Below, in pieces: positions 49,094 through 62,230 of a stretch of DNA of 64,000 nucleotides. The notes under the pieces are model-generated. The model did not search any database. It worked only from the letters and a program-made list of their open reading frames with translations, and was not told the origin of the DNA. The translations under genes and the position numbers were made by a program. Every line of letters starts with the position of its first letter. The stretch's first letter is position 1. Origin of the DNA: Epiperipatus broadwayi (Eukaryota; Animalia; Onychophora); the NCBI GenBank assembly GCA_028023455.1, contig JAQFVV010000006.1, positions 11,284,001 to 11,348,000 of the forward strand, read 5' to 3'.

Positions 49094-49284
49094 AAGCCAA
49101 TAAGCATCACATGACCACCACTTCTTATGCTTGTGTATAACTGTTTTAAAACAGGCAAAACTCACTGTATGTATTGCCACACACAGTAGGCTCTAGATGA
49201 GGATTTTATGCACAAGCCTTCTGGCATCCATTGATTACTCTTGCTGTGTGTGGCAATACATATAATGAGTTTTGCCTGTTTTAA
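49094..49284 (-). mobile_element. HHR family A deleted fold-back copy with 13-bp TSD
   Basis: TSD atcaatacatttt at 49081-49093 and 49285-49297. Confidence 0.85.
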
Positions 49285-49831
49285 ATCAATACATTTTCCT
49301 ATTGTTTTAAGAAAAAGTTTATCAATACTTTAGAAAGATTACTTCACTTATATAAAATTATTTTAAAAGTTTGAGTGATTATTTGTTACCAAAAAAATTT
49401 AATGAAAATGATTGTCATTCTAAAGCGGTTGATAATTTCACTGGAACATTAACTGATAAAGGTTGAAAATGAAAGCCAATCTCATACACATCAGATTATA
49501 GAAATTCCAAGAAAGATCTTCAAATGTACCAAAGACAAACCACTAGTACTATCAGTTATAAGGTTAAGCATGAAGGGCTTACCAGTATAGATGCCAAGAG
49601 AAAAGTCAAAAATAGATAGAATAAACTCATGATAAAGTTGTTGTTTTTTTTTAAATTTTATTTATAATATAACATTTCATTTATATTTATGGAAAAGTTA
49701 TTGATTATATTTATAAAAATGTAAGTGGATAAATAAAAGGTATTCGAATATATTTTATAACTAAAATTATTTATCACACGATCACTATCTCATACTAGCA
49801 CATAATTGTTATTAAACAATTCAAAACAAAG

Positions 49832-49900
49832 CTGGCATCCATTGATTGCTCTTGTTAGCACAAGATAGAACTACTGTATGGAGAGTTTTGCTTTGTTTTA
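49832..49900 (+). mobile_element. HHR family A short fragment
   Basis: ggcatccattgattgctct..ctactgtatggagagttttgc. Confidence 0.75.
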
Positions 49901-51305
49901 AAATTATTTATACTAAATGATTACTGAAAATCTAAACCCTTAAATAATAATCAATTGTCTTAAGATTTTTATATGCAATCACCGATAGTCTGCATGTATA
50001 CTTGGAAGGCATATTACTGATTAAATAAAGAAATAAAATTTTGGATCTTACAAAATCATATGTGTGGGTGTATGTAACATGTCCGCACCTTAGTTAAGCT
50101 TAGATTTTATATATGTAAATTAGATGAATATACAATTTATTCAACATTACTACATTTATTGTTTTTTCATTCTATTAATAATTTAAGAAATCCACATTTA
50201 TAGCTAGATCAGAATTAGATCTATTTAGCATATGAAATTAAGTCAGATTCAGATACTAATGAACAGCTTCTGCTTTAGTACACTATTTACTTTAGATCTA
50301 CCATTTTCTATTACTACTATTTAATAAAATTACTAATCATTATTTTTGAATTATAATAAATTTGCTTAAATATTGCAGTCATATTATGCAGTCTCTTACT
50401 ATCCATGACGTTAGGTTTGGACAATAATAGAATGTGGTGTGGGATGTGTGGATTATAAAAACGATGTCCCAAGATTAAATTTATATATAATAACTTCATT
50501 GCATTGCTAAGAGTCATTTTAAAGCCCTTGTGCATATAGAAATTACATGGTTATTAGTTTATTTATAGTAAGTACATAACATGGGCCAAATCATTATCAT
50601 CTACTGTAATTGTTATTTTTTGCCGTCATTGTAAGATAATATTATATATAAATATATGTTATATGCAGATTATGATATCGCTTAATTCTCAGAATGCATT
50701 CCATCAACTGTATATGCTAGTGCCATTAGTGTAATGATTAAAAAATTGCATGTTCCATGAATTTTGTAATTTTATAATCTGAGTGTAACATATATATAAT
50801 AAATTAACACATCACATATATATCACTTATCTATTACAATACATAAATATAAATGATTATATATAATAACGCAATTCACAATATGAATATATATATATAA
50901 AACATTAAACAGTCATATTTAAATAGTAAATGCTTGTTATAATAAATAATATATGCTTCCATCTCAAAACTTAACGATAAAGTAACAAAAAAATGAAATA
51001 ACTTTTTTATTGATTCTCTTGCATATAAAAAAAAGATTGTCTTGAATATTTAAGATAGAGAATGTAAATATTAATCAATCCAATTATTTTGTCTTGATAT
51101 TGATTAAACAGATTGATTTTTATTTAACAAAGTAAAGAAATTGTTTTTTTTTTAAAATTTTGTAATAAACATTTAAACAATTTATATATTCGTATTGTGA
51201 ATTACTTTAAAAAAATAGATAGTTTGCATTTCAATTACAAAATTAAAAAATATATATTTTTTTTACTTTGTTAAATAAAATTGAATCAGTTTAATCAATA
51301 TAAAA

Positions 51306-51802
51306 CAGGCAAAACTCACTATACGTATTGCCACACACAGCAAGCTAGAGTAATCAATAGATGCCAGAAGGCTTGTGCATAAAATCCCCATTTAGTGCCT
51401 ACTCATCCAATATCCCCAGACTAGTTTCTGGTGTGGCCTTCGTCAGTGAGGAGCCTTGGATCTGAGAACACTGCACCTAGATCTTAGGATCTAATGCAAC
51501 CCTCCAGCAGCCACCTTTGAACTACAAAACTATGAGTCTTAAACTGAAAACACCTTAATGTTTTCAATCCAAGCCCATTACCTTATATAGTCATATGGTC
51601 TGTATTCAGTTCAGCACCCATACATTTTAGTGCCTCATAGTCTGGGGATATTGGATGAGTAGGCACTAGATGGGGATTTTATGCACAAGCCTTCTGGCAT
51701 CCATTGATTACTCTAGCTTGCTGTGTGTGGCAATACGTATAGTGAGTTTTGCCTGTTTTAACAACAATTATACACAAGCATAAGAAGTGGTGATCATGTG
51801 AT
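51306..51802. mobile_element. HHR family A, most complete copy (head-to-head) with 13-17 bp TSD
   Basis: Minus strand cctca-CTGACGA-aggccacacca-GAAA-CTAG-TC-tgggg (51414-51452); right arm restarts at tagtctgggg; TSD at 51289-51305 and 51803-51819. Confidence 0.9.
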
Positions 51803-51830
51803 GTTTAATCAATATAAAAACAATAAACTA

Positions 51831-52134
51831 TATAAATGCAATTTATTCTCTCTACTTTGAACACTTTTTAGCAAAATCCTTTAACTGTACATATATACAT
51901 ACACAATCTTACATTTCGACTGTCCTGCAGTCTTCTTCAGAGCTACATTTCTTTAATTTTTTAAAAGTAAATGTGGTTCTGAAGAAGACTGCAGGACAGT
52001 CGAAACACAAGATTGTATATGCATATGTACAATAAAGTTTTTGCTAAAAAGTGTTCAAAGTAGAGTGGATAAATTGCATTTATATAAGATATTACAGCAA
52101 AATAAAGGAAGTGGTGAATTTGGTAGTATTTCTG
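51831..52134 (+). mobile_element. HHR family C, head-to-head pair with 12-bp TSD
   Basis: CTGAAGA-A-GACTG-cagga-CAGTC-GAAA on the plus (51979) and minus (about 51915-51940) strands; TSD aacaataaacta at 51819-51830 and 52135-52146. Confidence 0.9.
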
Positions 52135-52924
52135 AACAATAAACTAATTGAATTGATTTAACATTCACTTTGTTAAATAAAAATCAATTAGTTTAATCAA
52201 TATAAAAACAATAAACTAATTGAATTGATTAATAATCACATTCTCTATCTTAAGTATTCAAGACAATCTTCTTTATATGCAAACAGAACTAATAATAAAG
52301 GGATATCATTTTCTTGTTATCATATTGTCGAATATTAAGGCGGGAGTGTGTACTATTTATTGTAACAGCATTTATTATTTAAAAACAATTGTGTTTAATG
52401 TTAAATAATTATATATATATAAAGAATATGTCATATTACATAGCTATAGACAAATGTAAATAAAAGACACAAAATATGAAAAAAAAATTAAAATATTTTA
52501 ATTCAAAATAAAAAATAATACATGCAAATAAAATTAAAACAATTAAAAAAACAACAACAATAACATAATCATAATTATGTCAAAATATTATAATTTTCAA
52601 AAAAAATAAGTTTTACTGTACAAATCAAATCCTCAGAATACAGATGACTAAATTTAAATATGGTTACATCTATCTGAGGTGTCAGTATTTACATATGTAT
52701 AAAAATATATATAGATAAGTAAAATAAGGCTTAAAAATTTATAAATTATTAAAAGAAATTGGCTAAAAAATAATAAGTTTTTAAATTATTAAAAAAAAAA
52801 AATGTAGGCAATAGAAACAATTAATTAAAAAAATTACAGCATTCTGAATATTAAAAGTAATTACTATTCAAAAAAAAAAAAAAAAACTTGGTTTAAAAAA
52901 ATAAGTAAAGATAAAACCAAAGGC

Positions 52925-53080
52925 ACCTATAGGAGTTTGAAACCTCCCTAACCAATAAGAAAGGCCGCATTGTGTTTTTAGCTTTTAAAGACAGTCTAAA
53001 CCCTCTAGCAAATTATAGCTAAATATTCATTTTTGAACAAATAATGAATATTTGGCTGAATTTGCTGTAGCTATCTTTCT
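52925..53080 (-). mobile_element. Decayed tRNA-like SINE head with adjacent hairpin
   Basis: Minus-strand B-box-like ggtttcaaactcc; hairpin 53008-53080. Confidence 0.35.
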
Positions 53081-53546
53081 GAATTAAATAAAACTTTGTG
53101 ACCTGAAAATATTTTCAGGTTCCCCCCACTCAGACTAGAGTCCAAAGAAGGGGGCATGTCATCCGACTTGATATAAAACTTCAAACTTGACAATGTTGCA
53201 TGTTTAATGTATCTGGTAACACAATATTATGCATACTTGTTAAATTCTCTCCTGAAGAGGTGGACAACTAGGCAATAAGGCAGTAAAGTATTATCAACTT
53301 GCCCCTAGGTATTCATTTTTGGTAGTTTGCCCTTGCTTTCCACACTTTTAAAAAATAATTTTAAAGCCCTGAAATTTAGAGTTACACCATATATTTACAG
53401 AACTATTTACAACGTTAGAATAAACAATACCATTTCAATTTCACGAATGTTTTAATTTTTTAATGCTACTTATACAATACAAATAATTTAACAACTGCAT
53501 ATTAACAATAATACTACTTTAATGAATTTACAACTGAATCAAATAA

Positions 53547-53590
53547 AGACTAGAGCAAGCTTTCAGTAAAAGAACCATCCTCAGTAGTCT
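53547..53590 (-). ncRNA. Solitary type-I hammerhead ribozyme with intact core (family G)
   Basis: agacta-CTGAGGA-T-GGT-tctttt-ACT-GAAA-GC-TT-GC-TC/-tagtct: perfect 6-bp stem I, 3-bp stem II, A-U/G-C/C-G stem III with a 2-nt loop, CUC cleavage triplet. Confidence 0.8.
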
Positions 53591-54624
53591 AATCATTTTG
53601 ATGATTTTTAGCTATGTTGTTCATCAAAAATATAGCAAAAAATATAATTAGAAAATACTACCATATTGAAACGGACATTTTTTTACAAAAAAACAATACT
53701 ATAGCATTTGTGGACTGCTTTATATTCTATTAAAATGATAATTATTATTAATGTATGATTGGTGAATAAATTCTACAACATGCGTACAATGATTTAAAGA
53801 TGTGTGTATTAATATTAATTATTTAAAATAAATTTCAAAATGCAATTAAAAATGGATGGGGGAGGGGGCATCAAAATCAAATTTCCTACATACTGCTGAT
53901 TAGATGTTGTTTAGAATCGGATTAGTAGGGCAGGGATAAAAAAATTAAAAATAGAACGAAAAAATTAACTTCTATATTTTAATGTTTTTTAGTTCACAGC
54001 AAATATATAGAACCACCCAATAGTAAATATGTGGGTGTCTACTATATAAGTTTTCAACATGCACACATAGTATTTTGTAATCAGTATAGCTACAATATAC
54101 GCCATATCAATATATACTATGCTATTCAAAAAAACATAAATAGACAATAGAAAAACTGTTGAAATTCGTAAATTTAATAAATTTTACAGTAAGGCAGTAA
54201 CCATTTTTCTAACTCAAAGATCAGTACATGATCTTACTTATTAATAACATTTCTTCGGTTTACAATAAACACTTTGGCTTATTATCCTTTTCAAATATGA
54301 TTTATAGTATTATATGCAATAAAATGATTTCTAAAGATAATCCTAAATGTTTTGGAAAATTTAAGAACATTCCTAAAGCAATACAGACTTAAAAATATCA
54401 AAACAAGAGATGGGGGTAGTTCCTCATAACATGATTGCTATTACATTTCTATAAGAAAAAAAAGTCATTGCAGAAAAAGGACATCATCCAGAGACTACTT
54501 AATTACAATGAAAGTTGGAATTTCACTATTGTTTTATTTTTTTAAAAAAAAATGAAAGTACAATACAAAAAGCTTTTTCTTAAAATTAATTTAATTTTTT
54601 GATTTTTAGAGTAAACACACGATA

Positions 54625-55050
54625 AATATATATAAATACTTTAGAGACAGGTTTTAACCTATATCGTATGTGCCTTGAATGTTTGTAATAGTCAAACAAT
54701 ATCTTTATTTTCTGATAGAGGAACCTCTCAAACCTCGACACAAGATAGCGACTTTTATAAAAGATAAGAACGGCAGTCTTATCTTTAACCTAACTTTCCA
54801 CTTATATAGGCCAATCTGAAGCATCTTGATTTGGGAATGTGAAGCTGTTATTTTCTTCACTGTTTAAGACCACTATTTCCTTTACAAATTAACCTTTGCG
54901 AAATCTTGCGATTTACGAGTTAATATTATGATCTTTATACTGGAAATATATAAACTACTATAAAGTTGTAATTACTTATTAAGCACCCAGGAAGTATATG
55001 TAAATACTTTAGAGACAGGCTTTAAACTATGTAAAAGTGCCCCTCAATAT
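54625..55050 (+). mobile_element. Repeat family F body bounded by direct repeats of about 55 bp
   Basis: aaatactttagagacagg at about 54635 and 55002; body homologous to 34345-34560 and to the 13 kb palindrome arms. Confidence 0.7.
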
Positions 55051-55394
55051 ATTATTAATACATTCCTTCTTTTTTTAATTTTGTTTATACTACGATCTTA
55101 ATTTATATATGCATTCTAGACGTATAAAAAAGTCTCTATGTAAAAATACTGTATATTTATAATTCAATAAACAATATTTATTCCAATGTAATCAGAGCTT
55201 ATTAACAAAATGTGAGCCATCATATGCGATGTACGAAGGGGAAAAGATTTGAAGCAAAATATAATGGATATCTACTATATACATATATATATATGAGTTT
55301 TAAAAATGAATATTACATAGTTTATTACTATCCACAAATAATGTTGCTGATAAGAGAGGCGGCACTATTATACAAATAAAAAAAAATGCTAATA

Positions 55395-55520
55395 GCTTTA
55401 TTGCTTGGGAATTCATAACAAGTTAGAACGCCTGAACTGCAAGCACCAGATTGATTCTGGTATCTCCCGATTCCAAGCTGGATGCTCTACCAACTGCACC
55501 CCAAACCATGCAGGGTATTA
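55395..55520 (-). mobile_element. tRNA-derived SINE family 2
   Basis: Minus strand ggtgcagttggtagagcatccagcttggaatcgggag..gaattcccaagcaataaagc. Confidence 0.8.
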
Positions 55521-55789
55521 TATTAATAACAATTTATGTTCCTTAGAGCTTTATTTAGTATTCATTTTTTTTGCATAGGTGTTAGAATAATAAAGTGGTA
55601 CACATCTTTTCGTGGTTTTACTTTACACTTTTATTAAAAAGAAGTTGAAAATTTTATAAGATATTATAAATAAACAAAAACATATATTTCTGTATGGGAT
55701 ATGGGGTACAGATAATTGCATAGTAAATAAACTTTAAAATGACTGCCTAACATTCTTATATTTCAAAAATATGAATTAAGATAACGTAG

Positions 55790-58049
55790 TGTAACGGGCA
55801 CATTACGTACGTTACATTGTTTTTTATTAGTAAACATTAAAAGAATAAAAGTTCGCAAATAAAAACTTCTTTTTTAAGAATTAAAAATTGAAAATTAAAA
55901 AATCATCTTAAACTCATATATATATAAAATCGCACAGATAAAAAAAAATATATTATTAAAATAAAATTTATTAAAAATTAAAAAAAAATATTTTAAAAGC
56001 AAAAACTTAAAAAGATTTAGAGATAAAAATATATCTTTAATTTTGGAAAACACATTAAGTAATCAGAAAATGGAAATGATTGTTTTAATTAGTCAATGTA
56101 AACTAGCCTTGGGCATTGAAATGTATAAGCATCGGTCAGATAGGAAAACAATAGAAACTTTTAGCAAATGAAAGAAATCCATCGGGAAATCGGACCTCAA
56201 CGAAAAGGTTTTCACCATCATGACGTAATGTTGAGTTAATCCACAACATTATTATAAAAGGAAAGGTTTGAAAATAAAAGAATTAATTAGTTATTATGAG
56301 AGGACAGATATGTGTTAGTGCGGAGTCGAAGGAGAAGGGATTGAAAAGACGCACTCTTCAATCCCTTCAGTTCTGCTAAAAAAGAAAGAGAAATGACATC
56401 GTTTCCTACGTTAAGGACCAGCTCAAGTAAAGACCTCCGGATAAATAAAAACAACGGCTAACTGGATACCAATATCTTCAGTACGGCATGGGAATTCCCG
56501 TTCAAAATTACCAACAATGGCAAGCAACTGTAAAGGATAAAGCTGGACGTTTTAAAAATCGTAAGAACTTTATATTCATTTGAAAACAATAAGAACTCTA
56601 AATTCTAAACCTTTTAGTAAATATTACAAATAGAATCCTATCTGACCAACGTAAATTAATGTTAATAATGTTATTTGATGTATTTTTTATTTAAAATCAT
56701 TTCCATTTATTTTTTTTTGTTCTTTTAAGTTTTTAATATGATTTTTGTTTTTCGTTAGACTAAATTACATAAATGTTAAACTTAAGTCGGGTGTGAATGG
56801 CTATATAGATTTGTAAAGTTATATTAGGGGAGGGTAAATCTTAGGTTATTTGTTTCAAAGTTGAATTAGGCCAATGGATTGGATATATTGATGTAGTTAG
56901 TAGATGTAGTATGAGATCCGCTATGGGCAGGATTGCATATATATGCCACACACCTTCTGTTTGCCTATGGATGGGTTGGTAAGTCGGCAAAGAACCGCAA
57001 TCCATTCCTATGGAGTTTTTTGTTTATTGTTCTACTCGCCAATAGATGTAGCATTTTTGTTGGTGGAGAGACGATGTCTTCTCTAACTCTACTTACTGTT
57101 CAGATGTACATTCCTGACAGTATAGTATTTTGTGTTGTCGTATTTTCATGCTACATTGAATACATAAATTATCAGATGGATTGATGCCGGTTTGACTGTG
57201 AACTTTTAGCCTAAGGTTAAATAAGGATAGAATATTTTCTTTCAAATGCAAATCTATGTAGTCTACTCATACTCGACACTTTAAATAAAAATGCATTAAA
57301 TTTAAGTTGGGTATGGAAGTTGCATGGATTTGTTATCGGTTAATTATGTTTGTGGTTTTCATATTTGATCAAAATATATAGACATTCGGTAAATAATGAT
57401 ACCTTATGGTGAGTATCTAAAATGTATTTATTCGGATGTCTTTTAAGTTATTGGTGTCACTGCGGTATCTTGCGACGAATACCAGTGGATTTCTTGTATT
57501 CCCTATGCAATTGACGGTATCAATGACTTTATATTTTGATTGGTTATGTTTATTTTGAAATGTTTTTAACCGTGTGATCTATGTAACCGATCTATACTCA
57601 ATATTATAAAACAAACTTTCATAAATCCATCTGTGCGAACTTAATTAAAATGTAAACTTATAATATTATAAAAATTAAAATGTAAATTTAAATTCTAAAA
57701 TCAAATTAAAATCTAAAATAAACATACTAAAATAAAAATGTTAAATTTTATATATGTGTGCGTAAATAAATGTTTGTATGTTAATTACTGGCAGTGGCTT
57801 ATTTTATTCTTTTTTAAAATATTCTTAGATAAGAATTAATAAAATATATTATTATAAATATAAATCTCTGCTACTCCCTGAGCTAGTGACAATGGACTAA
57901 CGACCGGAATCAATATATATAAAAGAAAAAAAATTTTTTTTTTGTTTGACTTACGTATCTGCCTACTTTATAAATTTTTCTAGGTTCAAATGCCTAGATG
58001 GTGCCCTGTAGTGCAGATCACGTTAAGTGTTATTCTCTGGATCGTTACA
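55790..58049. mobile_element. 2.26-kb solo-LTR-like element, TGTAACG..CGTTACA termini, 4-bp TSD GTAG
   Basis: gtag at 55786-55789 and 58050-58053; 7-bp terminal IR; partial paralogue at 9875-10290. Confidence 0.75.
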
Positions 58050-60165
58050 GTAGGGAAAAGGGCAAATGACCTTCGAGATGCACTTGTACAGCAACCAGCA
58101 TTCCTCAATCGTATAGAGAAAGAAGACAAAGAATAAAATATATATAATTTTTTGCATGTTTTATGAAATATTGATTTTCAAAACGTAAGAAATATCAATT
58201 TTTAAAATCAGATAAAACTAAATACATTATTAGTCATTTTATTGTTGCAAATAGTTGCAAATCTATTACAAATTTAACGACTCAAAAGCCAGTAATAAAT
58301 AAGGATTAATTTCAAGTAGAAACATAATTCATTAAATGCTGCAATATATTTACAATAAGTTTTCCAAAGTTTATTAAAAAAAACAAAAAAAAATATTTTT
58401 AAAAATAAATTACAAAGAAGTAATAAAAAACAGAGTTCATTAAAAACGTTAGTTAGTCAAATATTTTATAATGTATAAGCACTATAAGAATCTTTTGCAA
58501 AGAAATAAAAAAAATTCTAATTGCCCAATTATTTATAAAAAAAAAATATTTTTTTTTCCAAACGTTTCTGCAATCACCCACAATTTCCGTGTGACTATCT
58601 CCAGCCAATCATAAAAGCCTTCAAACTAAAAATCATGTGACTCATTCAATTTTTTAATAATGAAATTTTAATTTTTAAAAATTTTTTGTATAAATTTCAA
58701 TAAATGTTGCCAAATTATAAATTAAAAAGAATAATTTATTTAAGTTAAGAAAAAATATTCCTTTAAAATTGTAAAAAAACTTGCACTTTTTTTTTTTAAA
58801 AAAATAATAATAATTGAATATCCTTTTATATAGCTTTACCATTAATATAATTTCAAAATTAAATTAAAAAAATTTTGCTAAATTTATATTTTTATTTAGA
58901 AATCAACAATGATATATTTACAGAAAGCTCTCACCAAATCACAGATCCTCAAATTTAAAAATAAAAAAAATCAAAGTTTATTGTACTAAGAAACTGATGG
59001 ATAATCACATACTTCTATTAATGATCAACTAATATCATGGTTCCCAATTTTTTTAGAATTTAAGAATTATTTTTTCAACTTTGTACAAACTATAAACTAA
59101 TAGTTTATGTCTAATATCACAATGCGTAAATACTACTTAATTGAATTTATTCACTATATGGATAGGCCTATAGTAATCTATAGTGATCGAAATATGGAAT
59201 AGTTTTCATGTGATGTGATGGTGTTGGTACAGAATAAATAAATAACATACAATCAATTAAACTCATCTGTATAAACAAATAGAAAGTAATTGGTTATTTA
59301 TTTAACAAGATATTGCATATAATAAAATTGTAGTGAGAATCAAAGAAAAATTACAGCACTTAATAACAAATAAATTATGTAGCAGTGTATAACCTGAGAA
59401 TGTATTATGAATTACAAGAACGGAAACATCTGACCAAACATAATCACTTGGTCAAGGCATTCTTATTGCCTAATTAGTCAATATATCTTCAAGAGAGAAT
59501 TTCACATAAATTCATATATTCTTCATTGAATTAAAATGAATCTATTAGATTGTATTTCTTTAAATATAAAAAATAATTAGATCTCTTTCACAAACACAGA
59601 GCTGTGTGTACGCACAGCTGCATATATGCACATCTATAATCAATAATAAATTAATAAAAACTTAACCATTTGATGAAATCAATTAAAATATCAAATTGTA
59701 CATAATAATCAAATTCTGAAATATAGACTATGACAATAAAAGGTTCACAGGACTAGTTTCAAGAACCTTCTCATGAGCTGTATCAAACCCAAAACTGGTT
59801 CCATGAAGCTTGTACTGCCATAGCTCAAAATTCAGAATTCGGCTATTATCTATTATTTTATATCTCACTTAAGTAGTTAACAGAAGGCACTTAAATATTG
59901 TTTAATGTATTAATTACATAATTTGTTATATATATATATACAAATACATGTGTGGGTAAATGTATGTATAAAGAAAACACACAAATATACATAGTACATA
60001 TTCAAAGACAAATCTCAAAACAAAAGAAGTTAAAATATTTTCAAATAATACTATCCTATAAAACTTATTTCATGGCAAAGTCAAACTTACGTAGATTTAT
60101 CCTATGATCATTATGATATTAAAATTAAAAAATATATATAAGAAAGACATAGAATCGGCATTTGC

Positions 60166-60791
60166 CTGAAAGATGTGATAATATGTTGGACTATTTCCAC
60201 CATCTATCAGAAAATGTTGAATGTATAGAAAATTTTAAACTTTATTTAAACTTTTCAAATACAAACAACTTATTAGTAATAACACACAAATAGACAATAC
60301 AGGTTAGTAATTACACAACGTTTCGAGTAGTAGTATTATCCACACTTCTTCAATGTATGGAAGCCTCTAATTAACTTCATTCATAGAAAAAATTTAAAAA
60401 AAAAATAAAATAAAAAGACTCTAATTAATCTTGTTCTTGAAGAAAACAAATTTGAAAGACTCAGAAGGATTTGAACCAACCCTCATATATAATTATATGA
60501 AATTTCTATTGTCTGTTGATAAGATAGCTCAGTTGGTTGCAGCATTTGCCTTAAATCTGATATTTGAGAAAAGTGCTAGTTCAACACCTATGCGAATACT
60601 GTCACTGGTCAGGCCAGCAACACCTGAAGAAGAATGGAGAATACAACTACTCAAAACGTTGTGTAATTACTAACCGGTGTTGTCTATTTGTGAGTTATTA
60701 CTAACAAGTTGTTCGTATTTGAAAAGTTTTAAATGTTCTACACATTCAACATTTACTGATAGATGATGGAAATAGTCCAACATATTATCAG
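60166..60791. mobile_element. HHR family D, head-to-head, with a tRNA-derived head fused to the plus-strand hammerhead
   Basis: A box 60525-60536, B box 60578-60588, CTGAAGA at 60624, AAACGTT/GTGT; minus-strand mate 60313-60357 retains GAAA; TSD-like atagaat..gcatttgc at 60149-60165 and 60792-60808. Confidence 0.8.
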
Positions 60792-61019
60792 ATAGAATTA
60801 GCATTTGCAGGTAAGCAACATACAAATAAAATATGGTGAAAACTGCTCCATATTATAAAGTATTTTTCTTTTATGGCCAGCTCATTGACTCTCATCTGGA
60901 CACTTAGATAATACTCGGATATTTACTTTCTGCATTAGGGACAATAATTCACTTGATTTACTCTACAACCAGAGTCATCTATAGTAAGCTTGTGTAATCA
61001 ATCAATACAGACATATATT

Positions 61020-61070
61020 CAAATCTTTAGATTAGTTTCTGGCCATTTGTGTTCTTCAGTGTGCCACAGA
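61020..61070 (-). mobile_element. Decayed A-type HHR core
   Basis: Minus strand ctgaagaacacaaatggccagaaactaatc. Confidence 0.45.
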
Positions 61071-61475
61071 TACAGTACCATCATTTAGTATACATTGATC
61101 ACTGAGGCTTACAATAAATGACTACAGAGTAGAACAAACAGAATGAATTCCTTTGTTGAAAGAAAGCTGAGAGAATCATGAAATGCTTTGTTTGATTTTT
61201 TTTTAATTTTCCAGATGAGAATAGTTGTACACCCATTCACTTAATAACATTAGTTACTGGGATTAGTTACCTGAAAAATACTGTAAATTTGAATTCAGGA
61301 TATGGGCATAGCAAGTGAGCCAATACCCTACAAGTTCTGCTAATAATATTAATTAGAAAGCAATCCACAAGTTAAATTATTTTTTTATATGTATGCATTC
61401 TAATTAAATTTTAATATCAAAATTAAAATTTTAATTTCCTGCCGCTTTTTTAAAGAATGAATTAATATATATATA

Positions 61476-61850
61476 TCAAATATGCATAGTTAATGAATTC
61501 AATATTTAAATGGAGGCAATAAAGCCCTGGAAGCTATGTATAAATATCGCTCATACATCATTAAATGATAACAAACAGAATGGACCATCCATTCTTTAAA
61601 CTTCGATGATTATAATAAAGCTTTCGTTTAGTGATTTGTTGCAAATAAAGAATGGAAATTGAAAATTAGTCTGAAATTATAAAGGAACACTTAGAAAGTA
61701 AAAAGAAGCTCTCATTTTTAGCAACCTCATAACATTAATAAAATATCCAGTACATATAAATATCAAATATGCGTAATTTAACGATTATGAAATTTAAATG
61801 AAAAATAACAAGACTTCTGGAAGCTATGTATAAATAGCACTCATATATCA
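61476..61850. repeat. Direct repeat pair of about 85 bp
   Basis: atcaaatatgc..ctggaagctatgtataaata..ctcata at 61476 and 61762. Confidence 0.8.
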
Positions 61851-61867
61851 ATTTGAAGTGATATTAA

Positions 61868-62230
61868 TCCTTCGTGCACTATCTGGAAGATTTTTTAATG
61901 TTTTATATATTTCCATATTAATAAAAAATTGATAAATCTCTGCACATACATGCTTCAGACACTATCCTCATCAGATGAAACTCCCTCAACATAATATCAT
62001 TTATTAGAAATGTGGTTGCATTAAATTTATCGCTAATTTGAACAATCAAGTTTTAATAACAAATGGAGCACTGCTGTGATATTTAAATAAGAATAATGTT
62101 GATATGTTAATGAACATTTATTGTTTCTAGAGTACCTGATGAGTGCAAAGCCTGAAACATGTCATGCTATGATTAAATGATTTTTTTTTTAGTAATTCAG
62201 TACTGTGTAAAAATTTAAAACATCCTCTAG
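61868..62230. mobile_element. Old head-to-head HHR pair
   Basis: Plus strand CTGATGA-gtgcaaagcct-GAAA-CATG-TC from about 62136; minus strand ctgatgaggatagtgtctgaagcatgta (about 61947-61975); outer arms are inverted homologues. Confidence 0.6.

Larger units (their letters stand above)
50880..52430. repeat. Older inverted-repeat element (arms about 50880-51140 / 52165-52430) enclosing family A and C insertions
   Basis: gattgtcttgaatatttaagatagagaatgt versus acattctctatcttaagtattcaagacaatc, with collinear flanks. Confidence 0.8.
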
